Virus record (IMG/VR): IMGVR_UViG_3300006803_000022
DNA from: an uncultured virus (IMG/VR IMGVR_UViG_3300006803_000022)
Taxonomy: Duplodnaviria > Heunggongvirae > Uroviricota > Caudoviricetes
Length of the DNA: 64,000 nucleotides
Reading direction: 5' to 3' (one strand)
The notes below the pieces were generated by a model. The model made no database searches, was not told where the DNA came from, and saw only the letters and a list, made by a program, of their open reading frames with translations. Positions 46,685 to 56,112 of the stretch are shown here, in pieces. The position numbers were made by a program, and so were the translations under genes. Position 1 is the first letter of the stretch, and each line of letters begins with the position of its first letter.

Positions 46685-47414
46685 CTTTCAGCCAAGTCGT
46701 GTATTGGAAGGTGTCATCAAGCCACCGTCGCATATAAATCAGGTTGCAGTTCTTATACAATTTGTCACTCCATAGTGTACCATACTCAGGCTTGTACAAC
46801 TCGATGACTCTTTCCATCATCCGTTTCTTACTAAGTCCTAGTAGCTCTTTCTTTGCTTTCACAGGACCGATGCCTCTGATACCAAAGATATTATCAGTAG
46901 TGTCACCAGTCAGAAGTTGACAGGCAAATCTGTAGTCTCCTTCTTTCTGGTCTATAAACTTCCACTTCTTCTCTTCACTCAGTGGCTTATCTTTAGTGCC
47001 ACCATAGTTGAAGTGAGTGCCGGGGAACTGTAGTAGGTCTTTATCGATACCTGCTATGATCCATGGGATGCCTTCTTGTTGAGCTTCATAAGCCCAAGCA
47101 ATCACCTGATCGTCAGCTTCCCATCCATGACAACTGATTGCACCTAGTTCCAGAGCGTACTCTGCTAGCATGTTCAGTCGTCTCTTTTGTTCTGGCTCAG
47201 GGGCTGGCCTGTTACCCTTATAGTCTGGGTCGATATCAAATCGGAAGTTACCGATACCCTTGATAGCTACGAAATCTTTGTCCGAGAACGTCTGGACTCT
47301 GATGTAATCCAGACGCTCCCTGTATCGATCCCGCATTGTTTTGTCACTGACCTTACCGTAGGTTGCCCTGTACAGTAATGAGTCTGCGTCTATAAATACG
47401 TGTCTATCGTCCAT
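46671..47414 (-). CDS. 5'-3' exonuclease (T7 gp6-like)
   Basis: IDADSL, YKGNR, EADD, DKDL, GDTTDNIFGI.GIG. Confidence 0.9.
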   Translation of the reverse strand: MDDRHVFIDADSLLYRATYGKVSDKTMRDRYRERLDYIRVQTFSDKDFVAIKGIGNFRFDIDPDYKGNRPAPEPEQKRRLNMLAEYALELGAISCHGWEADDQVIAWAYEAQQEGIPWIIAGIDKDLLQFPGTHFNYGGTKDKPLSEEKKWKFIDQKEGDYRFACQLLTGDTTDNIFGIRGIGPVKAKKELLGLSKKRMMERVIELYKPEYGTLWSDKLYKNCNLIYMRRWLDDTFQYTTWLKDEPV

Positions 47415-47422
47415 GATTTCCT

Positions 47423-47626
47423 TTAGTTCAAATTACGTTGCTTGTATTCAGCGTATTGGTAGTCTTTGAAGATTGTCCTAGCACCCTCTGGGTGTGTTAA
47501 GATCAGTGTCGAGTTACTCATCAATTCGATGTCATCTACTGCAGTGTACTCTACTGACCGTTCTGAATCTACGTGTACTACCACGTACTCATACTTGCTT
47601 TTTTCTGTTCTACTACTAGTGAACAT
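47423..47626 (-). CDS. hypothetical protein
   Basis: 67-aa ORF overlapping the pol end. Confidence 0.5.
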   Translation of the reverse strand: MFTSSRTEKSKYEYVVVHVDSERSVEYTAVDDIELMSNSTLILTHPEGARTIFKDYQYAEYKQRNLN

Positions 47627-49466
47627 CTGCGTAAGTCCTTCCTATACATGGATCGCCACCATCCATTATTGTTATGCCCATCATCTTAGGGCCTTCTTTG
47701 AAACCTTCTTTCAGGATCTCACCTGCACGTTTAGCTTGGTCTTCCTTCACAGCGAATGCATCTTCGTCATGGTAGAAGATAAGAGGATAAGCATCAATGC
47801 CTTCTTCTCTCATTTTCTTATCTGCGTAGTACATAGCTGATACACATGAGGCTTTCTCAATGTCTTGTAGCAATGAGTTTAGCGCTTTCCGTGGTTCATC
47901 TACGAACAGGATGTTACCCATGATACCAAAGATAAATCCATTGTTCTCATTCCACTCTTGTTCAAGACGTTCATTGGTTTCTTGGAACTCTGGTAGCTTC
48001 TCACAGAAGTTGTCGATCATCTCCTGAGCATCCTTCTCTGGTATCTGGAACTCTTTGGCTAGGCCAAATGCTTTAGATCCAAATAGGATACGGTAGATGA
48101 ATACCTTAGCCATCTTTCGAGTACATCCTACCATGTCGGCGTTGTACTGGTGCATGTCTTTGTTGATAACGATCTCTGTGTATTCGTCGTTACCCATGAC
48201 ATGACAAGCTCCTCGTAGCTGGTTACCTGCTGAGTCACAGCCTACCACTACACGGTCTTCTTCTACTGTCAGAGTTGATCGGATCTCTTTACCATAAGCT
48301 ACCTTATCGTCATTGCTAGGTAGGTTAACAATACCAGTATGTCTTACTCGGAATGTTGGTGTTCCGATAGTCCACATACCACCATTGATACGACCGTCCC
48401 CTCGCTTCTCTGCAAGTGTGTTGAAGCCTTCTAGGAAGCTCTTCCTGTGGCGTAGCATGTAGTATTCTGATACACCCTTACCAACTTCTCCCAATGCCTC
48501 TAGAGCAGGTCCCTCGAGCTTCGGAGATACATTCCTCCAGTAGCCCGATGCCTTACTTCTATTCCATTCATCAGGAACCCAACCTTCTTGATCCATCAGG
48601 TATTCTTTTACGTCTGCCATTTGACCCATAGTGACCTTCTCGGTCCTGAATCTTTGGAAGTGTTCGTTAGGTTTGATGGGTGGGTTAGGTAGTAGGGCGT
48701 CCTTGGTCTCGATCTTTACTCCAAGGTACTCTGTCAGCAGCCGGGCAGTGGTAGCGTTATACAGCCCTTTTGCAGTGTACTTGGGTGTCTTAGGAGCCTT
48801 GTCGATCCATACTCTTTTTGTTCCTAGCTTTGGCTCAATCATTCTCTCGACCTTCTTCATCTTCTTGTCGATGTCAGCGATTGTCTTATCTGCTAGTTCT
48901 TTGTCGTATACCCATCCCTTCTGCATATCCATATTCGCTCTACCGATATACATCTCAAGCTCTATACGCTTAGAGTAGAGAGGGTTTCTTTTGATGAGTG
49001 CTAGAGCTTCTGCGTGGACCTTGTCGTACACCTTACGGTTTACTCGTACGTCCTGCTTACAGTAGCTAAGCATCTCTCTGTTGTAATGTGACCAATCATC
49101 ATAATCACCCTTCTTGATACCGAGGTGTTCTCCCCAGCCTTTCAATCCGTGAAGGTGTGATCTCTTGTAGCAATTCAATAAGGACAATAGCCATGTGTCG
49201 GTTACCTTAGCATTAGGGTCTAACTCAAATCCGTAGATCTTCTTTAGTGCTAGGAAGTCATAACCGAACAGGTTGTGTCCGATGTGGTTCTTTGTCTGGT
49301 AGAGTAGCTCCAACCCATAGTCCATATCTGGTAAGGACTTATCGTAGTCGGAGAATGCAAATTCTGTCTCTGTGTCGTGGTCAGTGGCACATAGCATCCA
49401 TACATCTGTTAGGGTGTCTAGTAAGCCATTGCCTTCTATATCCCATACTAGGTTATTAATCTTCAT
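47616..49466 (-). CDS. polA: family A DNA polymerase with 3'-5' exonuclease
   Basis: DIE, HN...YD, YCKQDV exonuclease motifs; DSAGNQLR, RKMAKVFIY, YHDE. Confidence 0.93.
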   Translation of the reverse strand: MKINNLVWDIEGNGLLDTLTDVWMLCATDHDTETEFAFSDYDKSLPDMDYGLELLYQTKNHIGHNLFGYDFLALKKIYGFELDPNAKVTDTWLLSLLNCYKRSHLHGLKGWGEHLGIKKGDYDDWSHYNREMLSYCKQDVRVNRKVYDKVHAEALALIKRNPLYSKRIELEMYIGRANMDMQKGWVYDKELADKTIADIDKKMKKVERMIEPKLGTKRVWIDKAPKTPKYTAKGLYNATTARLLTEYLGVKIETKDALLPNPPIKPNEHFQRFRTEKVTMGQMADVKEYLMDQEGWVPDEWNRSKASGYWRNVSPKLEGPALEALGEVGKGVSEYYMLRHRKSFLEGFNTLAEKRGDGRINGGMWTIGTPTFRVRHTGIVNLPSNDDKVAYGKEIRSTLTVEEDRVVVGCDSAGNQLRGACHVMGNDEYTEIVINKDMHQYNADMVGCTRKMAKVFIYRILFGSKAFGLAKEFQIPEKDAQEMIDNFCEKLPEFQETNERLEQEWNENNGFIFGIMGNILFVDEPRKALNSLLQDIEKASCVSAMYYADKKMREEGIDAYPLIFYHDEDAFAVKEDQAKRAGEILKEGFKEGPKMMGITIMDGGDPCIGRTYADVH

Positions 49467-49581
49467 CTTTTCTGAATACCTCCACTAGTAGTTTGTGTGG
49501 TTCAAATACCATGATGAACATATAGGCCGCAAATATCATAGATACGATTATGTGCGTCCCTACTTTGTCTTCTGATTCCAC
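49456..49581 (-). CDS. 41-aa membrane protein (absent from ORF track)
   Basis: GTG start after AAGGA; MESEDKVGTHIIVSMIFAAYMFIMVFEPH... Confidence 0.45.
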   Translation of the reverse strand: MESEDKVGTHIIVSMIFAAYMFIMVFEPHKLLVEVFRKDED

Positions 49582-49715
49582 TTGCTTTCCTTTCTATTGG
49601 AGCAAGGTGGGCATGTATCACATTCATCCTCAACGTCTGATAGACGGAGACGACTGTATACTTTCCCACAGGTTGTACACGCGTAGTGCACAAATCCATT
49701 TAGTTTTAATGTCAT
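49560..49715 (-). CDS. 51-aa Zn-ribbon protein (absent from ORF track)
   Basis: YACTTCGKVY...CPPCS; fills the gap between RNR and pol. Confidence 0.55.
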   Translation of the reverse strand: MTLKLNGFVHYACTTCGKVYSRLRLSDVEDECDTCPPCSNRKESKWNQKTK

Positions 49716-49725
49716 ATTGTTGGAT

Positions 49726-49747
49726 GGGCCAGCCCGTAGGCCAGCCC
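49726..49747 (-). other. cUACGg-capped hairpin after the RNR gene
   Basis: GGGCUGGCC-UACG-GGCUGGCCC on the minus strand; no U tract. Confidence 0.6.
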
Positions 49748-49755
49748 TTCACTCT

Positions 49756-51669
49756 CTAGTTAATGTCAACGATCTCACAAGCACCAGCAGAACATGCCAG
49801 TGTCTGTGAACCAGAAGTGTTGTCCTCAAACTCAAACTGAGACAGTTCGCCCCAATTGATTGAGTGAGGCATCTTAGCTCTAGCTTCGTTATACTGTTCT
49901 TCTGTTATCTCCTGATAAGGAGCTTGTTCGTAGGTGTTGTCGTCTGTCGGTAGGAAAGATACACCTGACATCTCATCGAAGTTCTTGTAGACATAGGCAC
50001 CTACCTCCATCCATTCATGGGATTTAACATCAATAGTAACAGAAGGTTTGTGTTCACACCAATTTCTTTGGTAGTGTGTCCAGAACTCTAGTTGTTCAAT
50101 GGCAGTCATATCGTTCCTGAATACTGCATCCTTCGGTGCTATGATAGGGAAGGAGAATACAGTAGTCTGGTCTGGTTTCATTACACAAGGCTCCGATGGA
50201 ACCCCGCTGTACTTCATGAACGCTGTGAGTGGATCTTTGTTATCACCTCTGACAGTGCGGATATAGTACGGCGAATGTCTCCGGTGGATACCTGACGAGG
50301 AATCCGTGAGTTGAGAAACCGTCCCGGAAGGTTTAACGCAGGTAATTGCGGCTGCTGCTGGAATTCCGAGTAGCTCTGCATACTGCTTGTTAACCTTCTC
50401 TGCGTGTAGTCGCAAGAGGTCAAGGTCGGTAGCAGTGGCGCTGCGAAGGTACGGACTGTCCATGATACCAGTGATGGAGACTCCAAGCAGGGATTCTTCT
50501 TGTGTGTTCTCTCTCCAAATGTCACGAAGGTAAGGAAAGTCAGTGAGCGAAGCTTGGACAGTGCCCAAGATTGCAGCGATCTCAACTTTCTTCTTGAGTG
50601 TTGAGAAGGTGTCTTCGTGTCGTGCAACGACTTCAGAGAGGTTGCAGAATTGATAAGGTCGTAGTATAATCTCGGAGCAGGGATTTGTTCCGAATGGGAT
50701 GCATTGCACGTCTTCTGCAACGTATTTTGATTTTCTTTTTCCATACTTTTCCACTTGTTTTACAGCAGCTTGGCGGTTAAAGATGCCTCTCTCTCCAGAT
50801 TTGGATGCAACGAGTGCTTGCCATTCTGCAATGAAAGATTCCATGTCGGGTTTTTCTGTGTAGCATGTACTGTTGTTAGCTAATGCTCTTTGCTTGTTGT
50901 TCACATACCAAGCACCTGACTTAGCTTCACGCATACGACCATCTGATAGGTTGCTGAGTGAGATCATGGCTGATCGTCTTACACCACCTACTACAACTAC
51001 TTCACCGATCTTACACATCATGTCATGGCATTCTAGTGAGTTCAGCTTACGTCCTGCAGCTTCTTTAAAGGTGTGTATCACAAAGTTGAATAGCTCTACT
51101 AGTGGCGCTGGGCCTGATGCCCTGCCACCGAATGTCTTTAGTCTTGCTCCTGCTGGTCGTACTTTGGATACGTCCCACATTGGGATGGTACCTACATAGA
51201 GGCAATCAATAAGACTTCTCAGGGCGTCTGACCATCCTTCTTTAGAGTCTTCTACTTGGATCAGGCTTCCTGTCTGGTTGATATGTTCTGGGACTGTCGG
51301 TAGCTTTGTAATGTCTTGTCTTTCTACTGTGAATCCTACACCAGTACCACAGAGTAGTATGAACATTGCTTCGTCGAATGAACGTGTGCTGTCGCAAGAT
51401 ATGTATGCACAATTGAATGCACATGTATTATCTCTGAGTAGAGCAGGTCCAGCGGTCATCATAGCTCGCATAGATGGCATAGTCTGTAGTGTGTAGATAT
51501 ACATCTCGACCTCTTCGATGATCTTAGGATCTACCAGATGCCCAAGTCGAGGAATCACTACATTCTCCATGTATCGCTTTACGGTTTCCCGCCAGTCTTC
51601 TCTCCTGTTTTCTTCTTCTATCCATCGTGCGTATCTGCTGATGGCAATGAATTGTTGATAGTCGTCCAT
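49756..51669 (-). CDS. nrdJ: class II (adenosylcobalamin-dependent) ribonucleotide reductase
   Basis: FNCAY, GTNPCSEI, TCVKPSGTVSQL, C-terminal CSAGAC; no beta subunit gene in the window. Confidence 0.9.
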   Translation of the reverse strand: MDDYQQFIAISRYARWIEEENRREDWRETVKRYMENVVIPRLGHLVDPKIIEEVEMYIYTLQTMPSMRAMMTAGPALLRDNTCAFNCAYISCDSTRSFDEAMFILLCGTGVGFTVERQDITKLPTVPEHINQTGSLIQVEDSKEGWSDALRSLIDCLYVGTIPMWDVSKVRPAGARLKTFGGRASGPAPLVELFNFVIHTFKEAAGRKLNSLECHDMMCKIGEVVVVGGVRRSAMISLSNLSDGRMREAKSGAWYVNNKQRALANNSTCYTEKPDMESFIAEWQALVASKSGERGIFNRQAAVKQVEKYGKRKSKYVAEDVQCIPFGTNPCSEIILRPYQFCNLSEVVARHEDTFSTLKKKVEIAAILGTVQASLTDFPYLRDIWRENTQEESLLGVSITGIMDSPYLRSATATDLDLLRLHAEKVNKQYAELLGIPAAAAITCVKPSGTVSQLTDSSSGIHRRHSPYYIRTVRGDNKDPLTAFMKYSGVPSEPCVMKPDQTTVFSFPIIAPKDAVFRNDMTAIEQLEFWTHYQRNWCEHKPSVTIDVKSHEWMEVGAYVYKNFDEMSGVSFLPTDDNTYEQAPYQEITEEQYNEARAKMPHSINWGELSQFEFEDNTSGSQTLACSAGACEIVDIN

Positions 51670-51676
51670 TCTTTCT

Positions 51677-51934
51677 TTATGCCTCTGTTTTGGGTTCTTG
51701 TTTTTGTTTATTTTTGAAGTGTTTTACTGTGTCTTCGTATCCACCGATCAGTTCTTTGTTCAGGAATACTTGTGGGACCGTGCTCAGTCCTTTCTTAGAG
51801 AGCAGTTCTAGCGCTTCTGGGTTACCTTTTATAGAAACCACGTCAAACTCATACCCGTTGGTGGCTAGGAACTTGATTACCTTTACACACCACTGGCATT
51901 TTAATGCTGTGAATACTGTATATCTATTGCTCAT
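51677..51934 (-). CDS. glutaredoxin
   Basis: CQWC, TVPQVF, IGGY. Confidence 0.9.
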   Translation of the reverse strand: MSNRYTVFTALKCQWCVKVIKFLATNGYEFDVVSIKGNPEALELLSKKGLSTVPQVFLNKELIGGYEDTVKHFKNKQKQEPKTEA

Positions 51935-52668
51935 AGTTCCTCCATCATTGGGAATATCTTTGTGAGAGCTTGTGCTACTGCCTTGGCTATCATCATGTGT
52001 TCTTTCTGAGTTCCGTTTCCTTTACGGAGATCTGCGTAGTGAATCCAACTGCGGATAGAACCATTGACGAACATAGTTGTCGTGGTCAGTCCTTCGGGAA
52101 GGATCTTTCTGGCCGTCTCTTTGGCCAATCCTTTATTGAGGGCTTTTTGGTAGGTGAATTCAGCGTAGTCAGCCACATCCTTTTGAGCATCTTCCCACCA
52201 AGACCTGAGTAGGATCCTTTCAGATGTTTCAAGATCTGATTCTGAAATATCGATTGAGTTCTGACGGTTCTTTGGATCTTGTAACCTCGCTTCTGACAAC
52301 ACTAGTTGAATGCTTTGATCCTCTCCAGTAAGAGCAGCAGCATATCGCTGACTGAACTCTTGGAACCTGAATGTCGGGTGTCTGATTATCTGTCGGCCGA
52401 TGTCTCTAGTTGTCTCAAGACGTAGTACTGCGTTCACCATTTCTAATGGAGACCAGTGTGAGTGCTTCATCAGGTATCTGATCAGCTTTTCAGAGTTCTC
52501 TAGGTCTTCTTGTTTAGCAGAGGATGGGTTAGACACCTTTGCACAGTAGGCTATCAGGCTTTGTGCATCACACAGGTCTATCCCATAGTCTGGATCTACC
52601 TGCGTGTATGCCACTAGCTTAGCGTCTACTATTTCTTCGTATTTCTTTCTTTCAATAGGCTCAAACAT
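51931..52668 (-). CDS. thyX: flavin-dependent thymidylate synthase
   Basis: HWSPLE, RHPTFRFQEFSQRY, ARKILP, TQKEH. Confidence 0.93.
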   Translation of the reverse strand: MFEPIERKKYEEIVDAKLVAYTQVDPDYGIDLCDAQSLIAYCAKVSNPSSAKQEDLENSEKLIRYLMKHSHWSPLEMVNAVLRLETTRDIGRQIIRHPTFRFQEFSQRYAAALTGEDQSIQLVLSEARLQDPKNRQNSIDISESDLETSERILLRSWWEDAQKDVADYAEFTYQKALNKGLAKETARKILPEGLTTTTMFVNGSIRSWIHYADLRKGNGTQKEHMMIAKAVAQALTKIFPMMEEL

Positions 52669-53083
52669 TAGGTTCTACCTTATACTTGTACTTCCTAGCC
52701 AGCATCTTTAAGGTCTCGATGTCTTTCTTTTCGATCATGGCTTCAGTAAGGGATTGCCGTTCTTCAATAGCTTTAGCTAATTCCTTATCCCTCTTCATGA
52801 ACTCCTCGTACTCTTTCTTTAGTCGGTTTTTCATAGCTTCTGCTGTTTCCTGATACTTTATCACTATGTCAAAGCCGAGGTCATGCTCGTAGTCTGAGGT
52901 GGAAAGGAATATACCTGTAGACTCAAATCCATGTTGTCTATCTTTACTTCCATTGACTAGCGTCAAGTAGTGGAAGAATTCACCTATAGGCGTGTATTCT
53001 GATTCCGATGAGTACAGTACGTCTTCGTATGTATGCCTTGTCGCGTTAAGCTCCATGTACCAATCTAAGTCTCGGTCTATCAT
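52661..53083 (-). CDS. hypothetical protein
   Basis: 140-aa coupled ORF. Confidence 0.6.
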   Translation of the reverse strand: MIDRDLDWYMELNATRHTYEDVLYSSESEYTPIGEFFHYLTLVNGSKDRQHGFESTGIFLSTSDYEHDLGFDIVIKYQETAEAMKNRLKKEYEEFMKRDKELAKAIEERQSLTEAMIEKKDIETLKMLARKYKYKVEPNV

Positions 53084-53625
53084 TAGTCTTCCTTTCTATC
53101 GAATAAGTTAAGGAACGTGTACGGGTGGAATAGCATTGTCATGTCGGCTGGTGAGAAGTTTGGTCCTTTGAGAACCTTTCCATCTTCACGTCGTAACACC
53201 AGTCCGTGCTGGTCTAGCTTAGACATGTTGCTTCTGTGTGTCTCCATGAACGCCATGTAGATTTGGTTCTGTGTGAATACACACGTAGTTAATGGGATCA
53301 CATACCGATTGATCATTTCGATGATGTCGCGCAGCTTATAGGTATCGAAGTCTAGTTCATCTTCTTCGATCATAGCCAACAGTCCTTCTAGGATGTAGAT
53401 TACATCTGCTGTCTCTTTCAGGAGGTTGGGTGTTATACCGTGCTTTACGATCTCTTCCATGAACTCGTATGCTTCTTCTGCCAATAGATCAACGTATAGA
53501 GGGATGTTCTTTTCGACTTCGTATGTCTTATGGAACTCTTCAATTCCCCATACTACTTCAAGGTAGTTCGTGTGTGACGTTACTAGGGTCCGGATAGTGT
53601 CTGAGATGTTGCTACGTGTAAGCAT
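53083..53625 (-). CDS. MazG-like NTP pyrophosphohydrolase
   Basis: EEAYE, KETAD, HRSNMSK, REDGKVLKGP. Confidence 0.85.
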   Translation of the reverse strand: MLTRSNISDTIRTLVTSHTNYLEVVWGIEEFHKTYEVEKNIPLYVDLLAEEAYEFMEEIVKHGITPNLLKETADVIYILEGLLAMIEEDELDFDTYKLRDIIEMINRYVIPLTTCVFTQNQIYMAFMETHRSNMSKLDQHGLVLRREDGKVLKGPNFSPADMTMLFHPYTFLNLFDRKED

Positions 53626-54124
53626 TTTCTGCTACCTTTCTATTGTTGATGAGTCTGGTGATCATCTTTACTTGATTTCGTGTTACTGCTAGGGACATTC
53701 CGTTGTCGATTACATAGTCGTGTCCGTATACAGCTAGGTTGCAGCTATCTTCTGGCTCTTGTGGTAGCCCTCTTCCGGAAGCGTCTACCCAGATGGTTGC
53801 ATCGAAGTGTTCTTTCGTTTGTTCGAACTCCCACCGTGACCTGTGTCCCACATACATATCACCTTCTGCAAGGCACATGTCTACAAAGTAGCTTGGACAG
53901 TACTTGGTCTCTCTTCGGATGAAGTCGAACCATACTTTCCTGTGGTTTACCCGGTCTTGATAGCACTCCTCAATGGAGTCATATGGTCCTAATACTTTTA
54001 GTTCCATAATCAGTCTCGCGTAGATGTGTGATGCACTCACTTTTACTAGGTTGGCCTCTTCACAGAATAGATCTGCTACTGTGTCCTTGCCATGTTGTGC
54101 ATAACCGTTAATGTTTAGTTTCAT
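53612..54124 (-). CDS. deoxynucleoside monophosphate kinase-like P-loop protein
   Basis: GYAQHGKDT; IWVDAS, DYVIDN. Confidence 0.75.
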   Translation of the reverse strand: MKLNINGYAQHGKDTVADLFCEEANLVKVSASHIYARLIMELKVLGPYDSIEECYQDRVNHRKVWFDFIRRETKYCPSYFVDMCLAEGDMYVGHRSRWEFEQTKEHFDATIWVDASGRGLPQEPEDSCNLAVYGHDYVIDNGMSLAVTRNQVKMITRLINNRKVAENAYT

Positions 54125-54429
54125 GCATCAGTCCTCATTAATTCTTTTACTTCCGGAGAAGTGTATCCTGTGTAGTATGTCTCTACCTTTCGGATACAGT
54201 AGATATCATGGTCAGCCCCTATTCGGGACATCCAAGACGCAATGTAAGCGAAGTCCTTTCGGATATCCTTTGATCGGTCCATGTGAACCGTGAACGTAAG
54301 CCCATCTGGCTCGAAGGAGAACTCTTCGATGTTGTTCATCTTTGAGTACTCCCCGAGCATGGCTAGTTCTACGTCGCTGAAGTCATCAACCATGACGATT
54401 TCGTAGTTTACTTTTTCATTATCTGTCAT
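54121..54429 (-). CDS. hypothetical protein
   Basis: 102-aa ORF; AGGA RBS. Confidence 0.6.
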   Translation of the reverse strand: MTDNEKVNYEIVMVDDFSDVELAMLGEYSKMNNIEEFSFEPDGLTFTVHMDRSKDIRKDFAYIASWMSRIGADHDIYCIRKVETYYTGYTSPEVKELMRTDA

Positions 54430-54494
54430 GTTTTTCCTAACGCCTATATGGGGGCAGTAAATGTAGTGTGTGTATTCTCTTCATGTACTATATG

Positions 54495-54515
54495 TAGCTA
54501 TGTCCCCTTATAGGG
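54495..54515 (+). promoter_or_regulatory. putative phage RNAP late promoter
   Basis: Exact copy of 2056-2076, upstream of the lone + gene. Confidence 0.75.
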
Positions 54516-54566
54516 CGCAAGCCCCAATCAGAGTGTAATATGCATAATATACTAGGAGAACGTAAT

Positions 54567-54980
54567 ATGAGTAATGGAATGGGAAAGCATCCAAACTCTT
54601 TGAAGAACCTTACACCTATTAAGGATTCTGAGAGAGCTAGAGAGATGCAGCTTAAGTCAGCTGAATCCCGTAAGGCCAACAACACTATGGCAAAGAGGCT
54701 CAACAAGTCTATCAGGGATTGGAACAGGATGAAGGATCGGTTGGATATGTCCAATGCACCTTCTGCTCTTGAGTTCCTGAGATTTAGAATGTTTGAGTTG
54801 ATGTCCGATGGTAAGTATGTAGAGGCCCAAGATCTTGCGAAAGAGCTAGTAGAGTTTGAAACTCCTAAGCTGTCTCGTGTAGATCAGACGAACCATAACT
54901 ACGACATGTCAGAAATGTCTGACGAAGAACTAGAATCAGAATTGATCAAGTTCGATGTGGTAGTTGGTGGAAAGAAGTAA
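54567..54980 (+). CDS. putative terminase small subunit
   Basis: HPNSLKNLTP..SERAREM N-terminus, PKLSRVDQ and MSDEELE C-terminus; AGGAG RBS. Confidence 0.6.
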   Translation: MSNGMGKHPNSLKNLTPIKDSERAREMQLKSAESRKANNTMAKRLNKSIRDWNRMKDRLDMSNAPSALEFLRFRMFELMSDGKYVEAQDLAKELVEFETPKLSRVDQTNHNYDMSEMSDEELESELIKFDVVVGGKK

Positions 54981-54982
54981 TG

Positions 54983-55014
54983 AGAGCGACCCTATATGGG
55001 TCGTTCTTTTTTTA
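54983..55014 (+). terminator. intrinsic terminator
   Basis: AGAGCGACCC-tatat-GGGTCGTTCT-T6. Confidence 0.85.
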
Positions 55015-55209
55015 TTTGATTACCACTTCGACGAACTTGTACTCTTCCATCTCTCCTTTCACGTCTTCCTTAGTCATAAATGGGAAGTCATCCTTGATGT
55101 GTTTCTTCACGGCTTTCCGTGCATCTTTGGTATTTGTATATACACCCCATACTTCGGTATCGTAGTCCACGACCACACATACCTTCAGCTCAATGTCCCA
55201 TTTAGCCAT
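55012..55209 (-). CDS. hypothetical protein
   Basis: 65-aa ORF; AGGAGG RBS. Confidence 0.6.
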   Translation of the reverse strand: MAKWDIELKVCVVVDYDTEVWGVYTNTKDARKAVKKHIKDDFPFMTKEDVKGEMEEYKFVEVVIK

Positions 55210-55402
55210 CGATATCCTCCTTAATCTTTCTCACAGAGGTGAACACTTTATGTCCACCCGTTAGTCCAAGTGATGCTTTTAAGACAGCGTCATCTTTGTC
55301 ATCCAATGTAGGTCGAATCTCATATTTCTGCTTGAGAAGTACATCTGTGTGTACATCGTCAGGTCCGAGTACGACTTCTTGGTATACTGTTAGTTCATAC
55401 AT
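55202..55402 (-). CDS. hypothetical protein
   Basis: 66-aa coupled ORF. Confidence 0.55.
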   Translation of the reverse strand: MYELTVYQEVVLGPDDVHTDVLLKQKYEIRPTLDDKDDAVLKASLGLTGGHKVFTSVRKIKEDIDG

Positions 55403-56112
55403 TATGTGTCCACAACAAATCCAGAGCGATCTTTCTTTGCTGGTCCTTTTGCTTTTAGTCCTACGATTGATTTCTTTGGATCTAGGAAACGTAGGTCATC
55501 CTTGTCACCGTCAATTACTTTCCAGTTAAGGAACTTCTTTGGGAACTTGTCATTTCTGAACACTACAGCGATGTTCATCCCGGCGGTCTTGGCTGCTCCA
55601 GCCATGTCACTGTACTTCTTGTCGGCGTTAGAATATGACCATGTGAGATGGTAATTCTTGATGTCTTTAGTTTTCCTATTCCCGATTTTTGTGTAATCGT
55701 AGAACGTGGTATCACTAAACTCATTGAAGATGTTTTTCTTTTCATTCTCCCACCTGATATCCGATGTTCCATTGAGTCTGATAGCTGGTGTCACACCATG
55801 CTTCTCACAGAACTTGTGGAACTTGTCGGCGTCTTTAAAGAGTTGATCGAGGAAACCTTGTCGGTCTTCGAAGTACCACTTGGTTTTACGGATACGTGCC
55901 TTCTGGATATTAGAGAAGACACCACGTCCTGCTAGGTTGAGGCAGGGCGCGTGACACTTAGCTAGTTCAGCCATAGCACACACGTTCCCAACTCCACTCA
56001 GTTTGAATGGAGCTAGGTACATGATCGCTGTCAGGTATTCATCATCACCCTTTACAGTCTTAGCATTCGATCCAGCGTTAATAGTCTTAGAAGAGAAAGT
56101 CAGTTTTGTCAT
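55402..56112 (-). CDS. GP88-like conserved phage protein
   Basis: VC..A....C...CL, IRLNGTSD, FYDYTK, YHLTWS, DGDKDDLRFLD. Confidence 0.7.
   Translation of the reverse strand: MTKLTFSSKTINAGSNAKTVKGDDEYLTAIMYLAPFKLSGVGNVCAMAELAKCHAPCLNLAGRGVFSNIQKARIRKTKWYFEDRQGFLDQLFKDADKFHKFCEKHGVTPAIRLNGTSDIRWENEKKNIFNEFSDTTFYDYTKIGNRKTKDIKNYHLTWSYSNADKKYSDMAGAAKTAGMNIAVVFRNDKFPKKFLNWKVIDGDKDDLRFLDPKKSIVGLKAKGPAKKDRSGFVVDT

Noticed and set aside
49502..49699. 65-aa minus-strand ORF from the track
   Set aside because: Two alternative-frame ORFs (Zn ribbon 49560-49715 and TM peptide 49456-49581) tile the gap better
41285..51669. Inteins or introns in RNAP, primase, Pol or RNR
   Set aside because: Lengths are normal, reading frames are continuous, and no splice motifs were seen
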